Assembly: GCA_964035545.1 (NCBI GenBank)
Contig: OZ037769.1
Coordinates: forward strand, 7,979,929-8,043,928
Length of the DNA stretch: 64,000 nt
Source of the DNA: Bugula neritina
Taxonomy: Eukaryota; Animalia; Bryozoa
Direction: 5' to 3'
A program made the translations under genes and the position numbers. The notes under the pieces are model-generated. The model was not told the origin of the DNA, ran no database searches, and worked only from the letters and a program-made list of their open reading frames with translations. Each line of letters starts with the position of its first letter. Positions within the stretch are counted from its first letter, which is position 1. Below, in pieces: positions 10,650 to 24,900 of the stretch.

Positions 10650-13600
10650 GGCCAGTGCTTCAGGTTTACCTGAAATAGATTGACAGCTGAACATTTTTTT
10701 TATTGCAAACTTGGAGGAAGACTTAACATCAAAATATTCTATTTACCAGTTCCTTTAATATTTACCAAATGGTGTCAAGGAAGAAGCATCCATGTACAGG
10801 AGATATTCACAATTAATTTCAACAAATGAGATAATGAACTAAACAATCATACTCTAGCTTACATATTGGAGCTTTACCAGTCAGCCGAAGATTTCTGGTT
10901 TAGTTTCGTGATTTCATAACTTGTAATTAAGTCAAGGTACTGCATTCAGTAGGTAATAAACAAAAATTGTTTGTAATATATAAAAACTTAATTTTTCTCC
11001 ATAAAAGTTTTACAAAAACAAATACTGGTCTTTCGAAGATTTTAGAAAATAAGAACATCTCATCACAGCTGATATTTAAACATGAAACATTTAAAATGAA
11101 AATGGTGAGATCACTAGTCAATTACTTCAAACACTAACAAAAATGTGATGCAAACAAACTTGTATCCAAAATTTTTTTTGTGAACTAATAAAAATATCAT
11201 CCACATAACATTTAACGGTGCTAAATTTTACTAAACTCACTACATTTAGAGTGTGTGAACAATGTTTTACCTAAGACATTGCTTTGTAATGTATAAACTC
11301 AGAAGTTAATAAACCGTATGTTACCTTGTTAATAACTACCCTCTGTGACTGGCTAGTTAAAAATGGTGATATCTACTAAACTTAATAGTACAACAAATAA
11401 TTTTCAGAATCTATTTACAAAAAGATAGTGATAAAAAACATCAAAGAATTTTCAAACATTACAGTTAACTGCATGAATAACATCAATATGTCCTTAATCA
11501 TAATGTACAATTTATTCTTTGATCTATTATAGATATCCATAATCATCATATAATAATGATTACAGCTATACCATTGATACTTATAGTTATTGTAATTATA
11601 TAAAATTTGTCAAATTGAGTTTACTAGAGATATGAGCATATTTTAAAAACAAATGATTATTTTTATTACAGTTTATATAACTTAAGCAACATAAAGTAAA
11701 CATAAAATTAAATGAAAAAACACATTCGCACCATTAATATTATAAATATAATATTAATTGCTACTTAAAATTAATATTGATATTCAATTAGCATTATTAT
11801 TTTATTATAGTCGTTCATTACACTTTACAGTCACTAAATGCTACAGTAGTAGTACTACTACTAGTAGTAGTTATACTTAGACTTATTGTATTTGTTGGGA
11901 CATTACAGTAAATGTGATTACAAAAGCTTTCCATGCTCTTGCAATCATAATCATAATGTCTAAAAACATAATACATTAACATAAATATAATTAATATTAT
12001 AACTATATCACCTACTATAACTATAGCGGAATTACTATTAGTATTAGACTTAGTATAACTATAACCGGTATAACTATAAGTATAACCGTATAAGTATAAC
12101 ATTAACTACGGCATTAACCGTTAACGGAATGACTACGAGTATGATCTTCTTCAAGTTCATCATTATCATTATGATTAAGATCATTCATTATCATTATGAT
12201 GATGAATGATATTAATAATAATTATAATTTAATTTTACGATTATTTACAAATAATTAAATTACTAGTAGTATTACTATTACTATTAGTCTACTTAGTCAA
12301 CTTCAAGTTAAGAGCTACGAGTACCATAAAATAAAATTAGTAAATACTAAAAGTAAATAGTTATAGTAATACTACAAGTACAATATTCATATTGAATACA
12401 TTTACTTTTAGTGATTAACTTTTATTTTTAGTTGTAGTGATTACTCATAGTGATACTGACAACAAGTTAGTAGTCCATTTACCAAGTCTAATGTTTAGTT
12501 CAACTTTAAGTTTTACGAATTTCAGTAATTCATGAACCTGATTTTCAATTTGATAGTTAAAATAAGATATTAGGTTCTTGACCTAAGCATTTTATTTTTA
12601 TTTTATGTGTTAAACATCTACGTTGTACTAGCTAAATTCACTGAAGTTTGGTTAAATGCCAAGCAAACATAGAAAAACTCTTTGTTGGAACCTAGGCGAG
12701 TTCTCGATCATTCTTCAAAGTTCTTAAAGTAATTGCAGTTACATAATTATAATATTTCATAGCAGTATAATATTAATAATATTTGCAGCAATGATGAAAT
12801 AATCAACCATTGGAAGCACTCTTATCAAACAACGAATTAAAGACGCGAATGCAACAAATAACGTTTTCTCGATTACATTTTCTTTTCGTTCAGTTGTTTC
12901 TACGTTTATCAGGAGACACAACTCTACACAACGCTACCATTAAACAGTAATAATATAACCCATAGTAGTTATGAATTGAAGAAAAAGGTTTGCTGATCGA
13001 AGTACTAAACACTGGGCTCGGAGTCATCAAATTATTTGTTAGATGACTTTGATAAAGTTTATTGTCTAGAATGTATACACCACTATGATTTGAAGTTAGG
13101 CATAAAGTTCAAAACTGGTATGATTGTCTACTTTGACACTAACACTGAGCTTATGAGTAAATTCTAGCAATACATCAAGAGTAAAGCAAAATCAATATAA
13201 GAGGTCAATTTGATTACCTCATCACTAGTCACTACACTAGAAAGTGCAGTAAAGTGCTCAAACATATTATAACTCTGTGGCATATAACATTATTTTTCAG
13301 TCCTTACCAAGCTCTTTCATTGCTTGCTTTGCTACAGACACAAAAGTGCATAACAAAGCTTAAGATGAAATATTGTTTTGCTGAAAACCTTTTACTCGTG
13401 TATTTAAAACTACGCAAAATTTCACTGCACTTGTGTTTGTGAAACTATTTTTAGCACCATAGATGGCTGATGACCACATGGTCTACTTGTTGAATTTTAA
13501 CAACGCAAACCTTATAGACGTGTTGACTTAAAGTACAGAACTGTTGGTAAAATATAATGTTGGATACTGATGGGATTGCATATATTTAAACAAGTGATGG

Positions 13601-14833
13601 TTCACGCATTATGTCCTCAGTCTATATATAATAAAAATATGTTACAGCATGTGGAGCAGCTCATTACATTTCACAGGTGTTTTTATGGCTAACTAAGGCT
13701 TTCCAGAACTAAGTTTTCTGCAGAATCTTTGTTTTTGCACAAAACATTTATTCACAGATTTATTACAACAGGTTAAAGTTAATTCTAAAGGTTCAGGTTA
13801 TTAAATTTGCTCTCAATAACCTCAAATTGAAAACGAGAATGTATAACAAATAATTAGCACAACTTGGTGAGACGCTAGTATTATACCAGCATAATATAAT
13901 GTTTCACATAATGCATCATGCTCTCATAGTTACAGTATGTTTTCTTCGAAAAGTTCAAGATTAGCGATGACATGCTAATTCATTGCTAATACATTTAGCT
14001 AGTTAGCTGTGCCATTACTTTCAACTTTGCCATAGTTAGGAAGAGCTTCCAGTTTATTTGGATTTTTAGTCTTAGAAAAACAGTCCCGTCTGTTTGTTTT
14101 AAATGTATTATATGGCTGATGCGTATTACTGATCTTTCAACATAATTTTATTAGCTAATTGTTGTCTACATAATTACATGGTCTGTAAAGATAATTAATC
14201 ATGAAGCAACCCATCACTCTATCAACTTAATAACATTATAGTTTTTGTAACACTATAATAATATAAAGAGCTATATAGTTGGCTTCAAATACAACGGAGA
14301 GCTAATAATATTATGATCATACTGGTATTTGGAACCAAAGAGTAGCCTACATTTATGAGCAAAATTATACTAATATTGCACAGCTCATGAAACCTGTTGA
14401 AATTGTCTAGTGTTTTTAACTCAATTTTCAAAAAAAGACTAAAATATTAACTCTTATATTTATTTAAAAAATATCAGGTCAATCAAACTTTTAAAGCCAA
14501 TATGTTACAATAGTATTTTAAGAAAAATTAAAACTTGAACATTTACTAAAAGCTATTTTAGATATTTAATTAGTTATATTAGAAATAAATAATGGTTTCA
14601 TTATCGAAACAAATACCAATTAGCCTATATTAGAAACAGAATTGAGATGTGTTGTATTCAATATTTTTCTAGCTATTTCTATTCGCAATATTTTGAAAGT
14701 ATGAAGAAAACTTACTTTACATCTTCAATTAATTTAAGCATTCAGGTTTGCAGTGAGTTACTATACATTGTCTGCTTTATTATATATGATCTCGCCTGTT
14801 TTCTTGTTTTATACTGTAGTAATAAACTCTTTT

Positions 14834-17269
14834 TTAAGATACCTTGCATCTATTAAAGTTTATAAAATGGCTACTATATCTGTGAGCATCTTCTTTGTTG
14901 GCGTCTGCCTGGCACTCAATGACCTTTAGTATTTCTGTGAACAAATTAATTATATGCCAATTGTATTTAGCTGAACAAAACACTAAGGGGCATTTCCATC
15001 CTTTAACAATTTGCTGTGCATCAGTTCGAGCAACTCTTTGGTCAGCTGCTAGATCCTGCTTGTTTCCTACAACCACTATGAGAGGGTTACTCTTATACTT
15101 GAGAATTTGATCCTTGAGTGAACGTACATAGTTGAATGTGTCTTCATTACTTGTATCGTATACCAGCACAATCACCTTCAATATAACATCATGCAAACTG
15201 TACCAACTGTTACTAAGATTGCGTACATGCATTCAGTAACCAACTGAAATGTTGGTACTAGGACAATAATATGGAACATATATTATATATACATGTTTAA
15301 AATTGACTAAAAGCTGTGTAGTCCTGGAATATGGAAACCTAAGTGGTTTTTCAAAAGTAGAATGTCTAATAAATGACATTACACATATATCATTCGGAAT
15401 AATGCATTTTTTAATGATAATTAATATCGTACTAAAGTCATTGTAAAAATATAATTATATGACTTTTATGAGGTTGCCTTAACATCATCTGGTAACATAA
15501 GCTGTATTATAGTAGCATGACATTTTCTGGTAACATAAGCTGTATCATAGTAGTATGACATTGTCTGGTAACATGAGCTGTATCATAGTAGTATGACATT
15601 GTCTGGTAACATGAGCGTGTGCTCTGAACATATCGTAATATATAATATAATTAGGTTACTACATGAGAAAATCAATAAATAATAGTTAATAGAAATATTT
15701 GAGTCCTTGAATGTGAGCTAGAGTTTAGTCTGAATAAATTTGCATACGTATGCAGACAATTATTAAGCAGTGGATACAAATAGAGCAGAGCTTACTAGGG
15801 CTATGCATATGGACATAACACACTTTCACTTTTCCTACAATACTAGTAGCTGTTTGAACCATTGAACTATAACTATAGTTTCAGCTCAGCGGTTTGAACA
15901 AAGTTCTTGACACCAAACTTGCAAACAGTTAGTATGTTACTAGAATTACTTGCGCCTTGGCTATATTATTGTCAAATTGTTGCCTGCAGTCTAAAAAACT
16001 AGACTCATAGCTCTCCGTATAGCTACGCTTTTGTTAGGAGAATAAAACATTTTATGTAAGCTTTGTTAAGAGTTGTTTAATATCTAGAATCACTATATAT
16101 TTAGTTGATTTTAACAAATTAAAATTTCAAAACAAAACCGTTGCATAAAGAGACCACGGAATATTTGATGACTATAACATAATACTGTACATATTTAGCT
16201 GATGAGTAAAATGTACACACAACTGCATCTGTTTACATGCTTATATCATGGTAATTGTAATTAGAGCATGAACTAAAGTGCTATCCTATGCCGTTGTGAA
16301 ATTAGTAGTATTTTCGCTAAAATCTGCCCTAGAAAAAGAAATAATTGTATAGCCTACCAGAAGTGACTTGATGAAAAAGTAGTTTATATTATAATATATT
16401 AATGCATATAATTATTACATTTTATTGTATCATCTATGTAATATATTGTACTATACTTAATTATATTATAAACTATAATACTATTATACCAAGGAAAAAT
16501 GAACTGTGTTTATATGTTTTACAGGTTTCAACAGAAGGTTGTGGTGACGTAGGATTTTGTTTAATTTTTAAGGTTTTTTGAAGTTGCCTGCAATGAACAT
16601 AATTATATACATGTGGAACAATTATTTTACTTGTGATTAGTTTCTTAGGGTTCATAACATTTGGTAGTATGTAATAATTTTTTTCAAACAATAAATAAAT
16701 TTCTCCCATGTCATACCACCAGAATACATGTGATAATAGGTAATCTAATGGATATAGTATTTTCATAATTGTACTGGCCAGTAAAAAATTCAATTGCAAA
16801 AATTTTTGTCTAGTAAAAATAGCTTATATACCTGTGAGTTATGCATCCCATATCCTTTGTAAGTAGAGAATTCAGCTAGCGGACTTTCAGGAAATGATGT
16901 CACTCCTGGACAATCTCTCAGGGTTAAGTCGTAAATCTTCCCATCCATGAACACAGCTTTATGATACTTCTTGACTGTAGTACTGGGTGTATACATATTG
17001 TCTATATTGTGATGAAGGAACTGCTGAATTATGGAAGTCTTACCAACTTGGCAACTTCCCAGAAAAGCTATGCTATACTCCCTCATGCCTTCCTCATCAT
17101 CACTTTCTCTTCTTTTTGCACAAGCTTCCATGTTTTCAATAGAGCCTTGCATACAGTCATTATCGTTGGTAGGATTGATGTTGGTATAAGAGGCCATGCC
17201 TTCCATATTAACTAGCTGATATCTCACATGTCTCCTCTTATCTGAATCCCTTTGCTCACGCTGCTGCAT
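14834..17269 (-). CDS. RASL10B: Ras-like protein family member 10 (small GTPase)
   Basis: Exons 16832-17269 and 14834-15175 (phase 0). G1 GSCQVGKT, degenerate G3 DCPG followed by the FPESPLAEF insert, G4 NKQD, the RASL10-typical WKC..CSAKYNWHI, and a C-terminal CaaX CKVS. The start codon and the A/B paralogue assignment are uncertain. Confidence 0.85.
15488..15616. repeat. 38-bp tandem repeat, ~3.4 copies
   Basis: TCTGGTAACATRAGCTGTATYATAGTAGYATGACATTK starting at 15488, 15526, 15564 and 15602. Confidence 0.9.
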
Positions 17270-17940
17270 TCTAGCTGTCTAATTATTGTCAGCTCCAAGT
17301 TGATGAAAATCAGTTAGTCCACAACTAATTGCTAGTATTACGTAAATAGTCGCACATGTGTTGATGATGAATACCCTTGAGTGATGTCTGCATTAGTTTC
17401 CAGCTCATCAAGTAATCACCTAAAGTTACGTACAGCTAATTAGAAATCTATAGAATGACCGTCAGCAGTCCCGGACAATTTCTCTAACACAATTTGCTAT
17501 ACCTAAGAAGCATAATCCTTTGCATAAGTAATACGCATGCCTTTCACATTAGCTGCCTCTGTGCACTATGCATTATATTTTATTTAAGCTGATAGTTTTG
17601 TAGAGAAGGTATTTATGGCTAGCAACAAGAATTAAATTTAGCTGGTTGTCGGTACCTTCTATTACTGGAGTATTTTATTACTATGCTTAACAGGCACACT
17701 CTGCTGCAAACAATACGTTTTATTATAGCAAAAGTGTGCTTGAAATGCTTTCTGACAGTATTTGATAGTTTTGCTGGTAATAATTGGCATAACTGTGCAG
17801 AGTGTGTAGTTATAATTCAGAGCAGTTACTTTTGTAAATAGCTATAGGGATATATTCTATCTAGAACAAGTAAAAGAAGTTGTTAATGATGGAGACTAAA
17901 CTTTAGCATATGCAGAGGGTTGATTCCTATATCTAGCCAA

Positions 17941-18052
17941 GCTAAACCAGACTAAAATAGACCCAAATAGACTAAACTAGACCTAAATAGACCAAACCAG
18001 ACTAAAATAGACCAAACCAGACTAAATTAGACCTAACTAGACCAAACTAGAC
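17941..18052. repeat. 10-bp-period minisatellite (ACYAAAHYAG-like)
   Basis: About 11 consecutive decamers ending in AG, e.g. ACTAAAATAG ACCAAACCAG. Confidence 0.85.
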
Positions 18053-19965
18053 TTATATACCCAGATCATACAAGACCTGGTAGGCATTGCTAAATTGAGT
18101 ATTATAAGTATGTCCTGAAAAGCTAAGCCTGTACATCAGATATCACGACTCTTAAAGTGTGAACTCAGCTGCTAACAAGTACAACTGGAGGATAAGCTGA
18201 ATAATAGAGAGCTTTATTAAAGAGTGGGTACTTTGCTTTATATAATTTATTATATTATAGTTACTATGTTTATGTTCTTATAACAGTTTTTACTAAGGTA
18301 TGAGTATTAGTTTATAAAGAAATACTTTACAGAGCTAAATTCACACCAAAACTCAAACTCCACTACAAGCAAGTTGAACACTACTTCCTGGCCATTAAAT
18401 TATTGTTTCTGCATGGAAGAAGCTGGCTTATAGGTAAATTATATATAAATATATACGCACACACCTTCTAGCCACAATTATATAACCACAGTATCCAACT
18501 TAATGTAAATAATTTTTATAAAATATTTGAGCTATTAAAGAATAAGTCCTTTGAATCCTTTTAAATATTATTTGTTGTAGAGTAAATTAAAAAATAAGTT
18601 GCCAGTATTGGTCCATTCTACAGTTTAATGTGTATTCCATTGGTTGCAAGAAAAGATAGCTAGAAATAGTTATTATATAAATCAGGCTTCATAAACTTGC
18701 CTGTTAATAGTAAGTAGTCAGTGAGAATGCAAAGATAGTAGCGATGGCTAGTAAATTTGTGTCATTCCCAAAGGTGTATATATAAATAGCCCAATTGCTA
18801 CAACTAATATCATTTTGCAATATTCTGCAGTTACAGCCCCAACTATGCTTTATAATTTACTAAAGACTTAAAATTACACGTAAATGTTTGTAATGATATA
18901 AGAAATGCAAAAACTAAGTATACATTATAAAATAGCCTGTATAAGTATTGTAAACTAACACTCACAACTCTGTCCACAGCTGCTGCAAGTAAGAGCTAAT
19001 TACAGCTGCATCTACAATGTCATACCAGTCGTGTAGATATACCGAGGCAAACCCAGTTCAATAATATTCAACTACTGCAATATACTTCATAAATATAGCT
19101 TACACTTTCAATGAGTAAATCTGTGACAATAGTTCTCTCTAAGGCTTTTCATGAAATGCAGGCATAGCGTGTCATTACAGCAAGCAGACGAAATAATTGT
19201 TAGAGTTTCCTTCACTCCAAATAAGATTACTAATCAATGCAGCTTTAAAAGCAATCTTACTTTAAATCTAGTTCTAACCTCATAGGAATTATTGGACTCA
19301 GTATATACCAGTAGAAAGTATGTAGTTTAAAGTTAATTTTATTATGTTTTGGCCGTAATAATATTGAGCAATGCTATACTAGTTATTAAATTTGTTAACT
19401 AATCTGTAAAGCTGTATTAAATTAAAACTGGCATAATATGTAACATAATTAAAGAGGAATATAAAGAATAGCTGTTATTGAAGAAAAGGATGTATGCCCA
19501 TTACTTCAACAAACAGCTAGTAAACAAAGTTTGTAAAATGATAGATGAGAATGATTGTTATTTGGAATATAAACTTGTTATTAATTTATGTAAATAACCA
19601 TGAAATAAGAGCAGTATATAAATCGTAATTGTTTCAACTTACTGATGAGGCTTGCTGCTTAAAATTATTCAACTCAAACTTGCCATTTGGATTACTATAT
19701 ATTGTATAGTGTTTACATTTCTGATTATAATTAAGTGTAAAAATGTTTCCATCATACTTATACTTATTCTTTTAGAAATTTTTCAACATGTTGGATATTA
19801 TACATGGCTGGTCAGCTTACACTATACGCTCATCTAATGAAAGTCTTATTTCAACAAATCAATAAAAAGAGAGAAAAATTGACACACATAGAAACTATGC
19901 TAGCTGCTGGTGCATATAGCTGTCTCTAGCAACAATGTTATAAAATGTGCTACATGTTACTATAG

Positions 19966-20060
19966 TAATGTGCAGATGTAATGCTATATGCTTTCTACAT
20001 CATATGTAATGTGCAGATGCAATGTCATGTTTCTATAATAATGTGCAGATGTAATGCTAT
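19966..20060. repeat. Three copies of TAATGTGCAGATGYAATG
   Basis: Direct repeats at ~19966, ~20007 and ~20039. Confidence 0.7.
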
Positions 20061-20516
20061 TTCATGCAACAATTTATCTCATGAGGCGCTTGCTCATAAA
20101 TTAGAGGACATGCTACTTTATATACAAGTTTTGCTATTTAGCATACAAAGAAGTATAATTTTAAGTCAAGTTGTTAAATGATGAAAAAAGTTCACAGGTC
20201 AGTTGCTATTACATGTCATAATAGTTATTATGTTGTGATTATAAGCATTCATAGTATGACAATTATTAATCGGTTACTACACTAGCTTCAAGCCTTTTAC
20301 ATTGTATTATATGTATTCAGTTACGTATGCACCTTAGAATTTATAGTACTATACCTCAACTTATAATGTGTTACCTGGTACCGGTAGTTGCAGTTCAAGT
20401 CATAGAGCGACATGATAGCAGCTGCATTTTATATAACAAATAAGTCTTCAGTTTATAACAATTAGTTTAAAACAATATACCAACTATATTAAACAATTTG
20501 CTATATATACGTTCGG

Positions 20517-20582
20517 TGTGTGCGTGTTTGTGGTGTGTATGTGTGTACGTATGTATGCATGCATGCATGCATGTATGTATGT
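20517..20582. repeat. (TG)/(ATGY)n microsatellite
   Basis: Alternating purine-pyrimidine tract. Confidence 0.8.
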
Positions 20583-21969
20583 GGAATTATAAAATTTGCC
20601 TATTATTTAAAATTAAGCTGTGCCCCATGCTAAATTAATTTAAATCAATAAAATTTGAGATATATTTGCTCATTTTTAGCTCCAAAACCTTAAAAGCTCA
20701 TGTTAATGGTAAACATATTAGAGCCACTTGAGTGTATATAATAATATCTTAATTGTTGGTATTTTATCAAAATTTATTTGAAACTGCAATTTTATGACAC
20801 TCAGTAGTTACAACCAAATTAACTCAGCAATTTGCTGACAGACTCAAACAGCTATAGCATAAAATATAAGAATGACAAGCCAATAGAGAGGGCTGACTCA
20901 CTCCATAGTTGAGTCCAAACAGCCCAGGACACAGTGGACCAAAGTAAATAAATAATATCACATAAATACTGGTCCACGTGCTAGACGTTCACGAAAATAT
21001 ACTCTTACAAATTTTAAAAATATCTCTCTCTTTCTTATTCATGCTACAAATTGATTATCATATAATAGTAATGTAGGAAAATATATCTAGAATGAGCTTG
21101 TACCTATCTCAACAATATCACTTTAATACAAATGACATCAACAAAATAACCTAAGTATGCAGTGATTACTACAAAATATAGTATAATGATTTGTCTGTGG
21201 TGATGGATTATGCACAAAAATAAAACAATGATTATTTAAAACATAAACAATTCAAATTTGAAGACAATAAATGTATCAGTAGAGCACATAGCTCAGACCA
21301 TTGCAAAACTTAGCAACAGTAAGAGCTTTGTTCTAGTCACCACCTGCGGAGAACGTAGCCAACTACCCAACTTTGAGTCAATAGTCAAAACTCTGCTTAA
21401 AATCTTTCAACTGATGAGGGAAAAGTTGGCTAAAATCTCTTGAATGAGCAAAAACCAGTGACTGAAATACAATCCGGTAAACTGTTTACGCTGTTGAGAC
21501 TCATTACTATAAAAATATAATTAAGTGTTTGTTAGTTCAGCAAATCTATGTGGAATACTTGGGGAAAAAAACTAATCATATAACTCGATGATGAACTGTA
21601 AGAGAAAATCATACTGCCTTCTTTAATTAGTTTAAAACAATATGCCAAACTATAAAGTTTCAAAATAAATAAATAGAGGATACATATTATGCAATTGTTC
21701 TAGTATGTTAATGGCACCAACAATAAAATATCAAATTATTTCAAGTATTCAATGGTTGTCATTAATTAGTGCATAGACCAAACTATACCTAATCACTGGT
21801 ATTTATTTATTTGGAAAAGAACCTTCGTTGGGAATAGGTTTATTATGAATCTGATGAGTGTAGACGATTGCTGATCTAAAGCGAGCTTTGGTATGCTAGA
21901 GGATAGAAATAGACTACAACACAACCTAGTGAATAGTTATATTATAGTGTTGATAAACACATCTTAGTG

Positions 21970-24900
21970 TCAAATAATATCCCATACGATGATTTCATAT
22001 ACAATTAGAATAACTATAAGAATGAAGGTCACCCATAGCAGCATTAGGCAGACAGCTGTAATCCATGCACTGATTTTAGTACCTCCTAGTTCACCACCAA
22101 TAGTCTACAACACAAAGTGTTTAGTGAAGAAGATAACTCCTTCTGGTGATATACAAACATAATAATATACTGTTTTGATTGGAAGCAACAAATTAATCTG
22201 CAGAAAGAAAAACACAAGGAACTTAAAGCAATGTGCTATACTATATATTAGTTCTTAGGCTAAGTTTTTACTTAAGCTATATTATACTAGCTCATGGAGA
22301 TTCAAAGCTATGGAACCACACAACATACGACACAACACAAGTTCTAGAAGCTGAAGGCTACCAAATCTCTGTGACTATTGTCTTTCACTTAGATAACACA
22401 ACAATTGTCAAATAGAGCAAACAGCAGAGACATTTCAATAGCCCAAGTTCTTTAGCTATCATTATAATTTTCAGTTTAGAATAAATTGGGCCATGTAACT
22501 ACTTCTTTAATTTTGAATTAAGTAGAAATTAGCCATATGAGAAAAAAACTTAAGTATTTGTGACTAACTTAAAGGAATAAATAAGGTGTAGCAATTAAAG
22601 GACTGCAGAAGAGCAGTGTAGGAGTTGTACAAAACACAAGAAAATCATAGAAAACAGTGTAAAACAAAAAGGGATGGTCGAAATTAGTCACATAAATAGT
22701 TTAATCCCAGAAGGTGCATAACAGCCCAGAAGTAAATGGGTAAATGGTTTCTAGACTAACAAAGAAACTTGATAATAAAAAAAACTTACGAATCTCCTAA
22801 TAAGCAAGATGATGAGGCAAACTGTTCCAACTATGACAAACAGCACGACAGCTTGTGTAAGGTTCTCTGAATCTATAGGGTAGTCCAAGTTGAACCTTGC
22901 TTTGTAGTATATAGTGAGCAGTACCCAAGGCAGTCCTAGTCCAAGGAATACATTTACACTATTGCTTCCTAAAAGTTAAACACAGAAAACATAATTTAAC
23001 CTTCATAGCTAGGAAAATATTGGATTCAGTCTTCCGAATTAATAGATTAGATTTAACACCTTCAAAACTACCCAATTGGTTATCAAAATATAAAATTGCA
23101 ATTGGAAATTAATATTATACCTATACTAAAACTTATTAGGTGAAATGTGAACAACACTGATTACACAATACCTTAAAAAGGGTTAAGCATGGTTTCACCA
23201 ATGTGAGCTAGTGGATCATGGGTTATAATATCATTAGGAAGTGGTAAACATAAAGTTGTAATTAATGATTTACAGTGTTGCAGTTAGTGTGATAGAATTG
23301 ATAAGTCAATCCATTGTAAACACAACAGTGTATAAACTTATTTTCTAAACAATTTTTGAAGAAATTTTGTGAATGTGGAAGAAGCAAACTCTCAGAAATC
23401 AGTAATTTGATCTGGATAATGAGCTCTTCAATACTTCAGGAAGATACAATAAAAAGGAGAAATAGTCTACCTGTGATATTTCCAATAGCTGCATCAGCAT
23501 ATTCATCTTGCTTAGCAGCTGTTCGGCTAGCAAAAGTATCGGGTACACTCGTACCAAGTGCGACAATAGACACACCACTAGCAGCTGTCCTCAGCCCAAT
23601 AACACATCCGAGTAGAGAAGCCAACTGCAACACATTATATTGGTTGCACCAAGACGGCATAACAAATACGAATTACAAAGCCGCTTTTCTCGACTACGTG
23701 AAGATAAAGCTTCTGACAAAATTGATTTTACTTGAACGAGGTAAAAAAAAAGCATTTGGTGATATAATAAAATACCTGTTCAACAAAGAGAGACATGACC
23801 CCAAGCCACACAATAGACCAGACGAAGGCAATAGCCCCACCAGCGTAGTGCACTGGAGGAATGATGGCGCAAAATAGCTTCCATGGCAACGAGACGAAGT
23901 GCATCACATAATCATACCAGTGCAGTTCCGCATCTTCCCCATCGTCTTCGTCAGGAGAGACTGTTAGTGCACTGGAATCCACATCATATAACTACAGTCC
24001 ATCTTATTAGCATGTACATTACAATAGTATGTTATAGACTTTGTTAAGCAAAGCTAAAACATAATAGATGCAAAGATAGTCAACAAGCACACAATTATAG
24101 CTGCTACAATTTTTAGTTCAGGTACTATAGTTTATGTCACTACAAACATGGCAATGTTTGGTAGCGTCGCCAAATTTGCAAGCGTTTACAGTGATGGTGC
24201 ACCTCAACAGCTGCAGAAAACAAAGGGACAACTCCAAAAGGTTTTAAATAAGTAAGCCTCATTAATTATACTAATGACTATAGCCTCTATGAAGATAGCA
24301 CTGCCTATTATGATGCTGATAGCCTACTGCAGACAAGAGAGATGGAGTGAGAAGTAATTATCTAATAATAATAGTCTTAAACAGCTTAGTAATAATCATT
24401 AATGACAATTTCTGAAACACACAAACTGGAAAACATACTGTTGAATTATAAAGACAAAATGGCTGTAGACAAGCAATGCATTCATACTGGTACTGGCTTT
24501 CACCTGCTGTTACCATGGTTACTGTATTGAGACTGTGAACTTACTCTACAAATTGAGATCCCCAGGTTACTGGTTCACCTTCTTCAGCAATGAGATCTCC
24601 TAATCTATCATCTAGTCCATCATCTAAAGGCAAAACAGTTTATATGTAACAATATCATTGTAACTATTTATAGAATGTGTGGTAAGGAAACATTATAAAG
24701 TAGATAAAATTAGTTGAATAAAAGGTGGGAACTTTAGACTTAATCGCAGCCCTAAAACGGTTTTAGTGGCTGTGTTTGCTTCAAGAAAGACTCGGATATT
24801 GAGTACAACTTTAAAGTGAAAGTGTTGAGATATTCTACAGTTTACACTCTACATCTTGAGTGGGCAGGTGTATACTGCATGTTATAGAAGTTGGTAGAAT

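Noticed and set aside
11818-12102. 94-aa hydrophobic ORF (and 51312-51497)
   Set aside because: A by-product of the 3-periodic low-complexity domain, with no family motif or splice support.
13621-13640. Helitron-like 5' end TCTATATATAATAAAA (similar motifs near 25869 and 58350)
   Set aside because: No matching 3' hairpin/CTAG end was found, and such motifs are expected by chance in AT-rich DNA.
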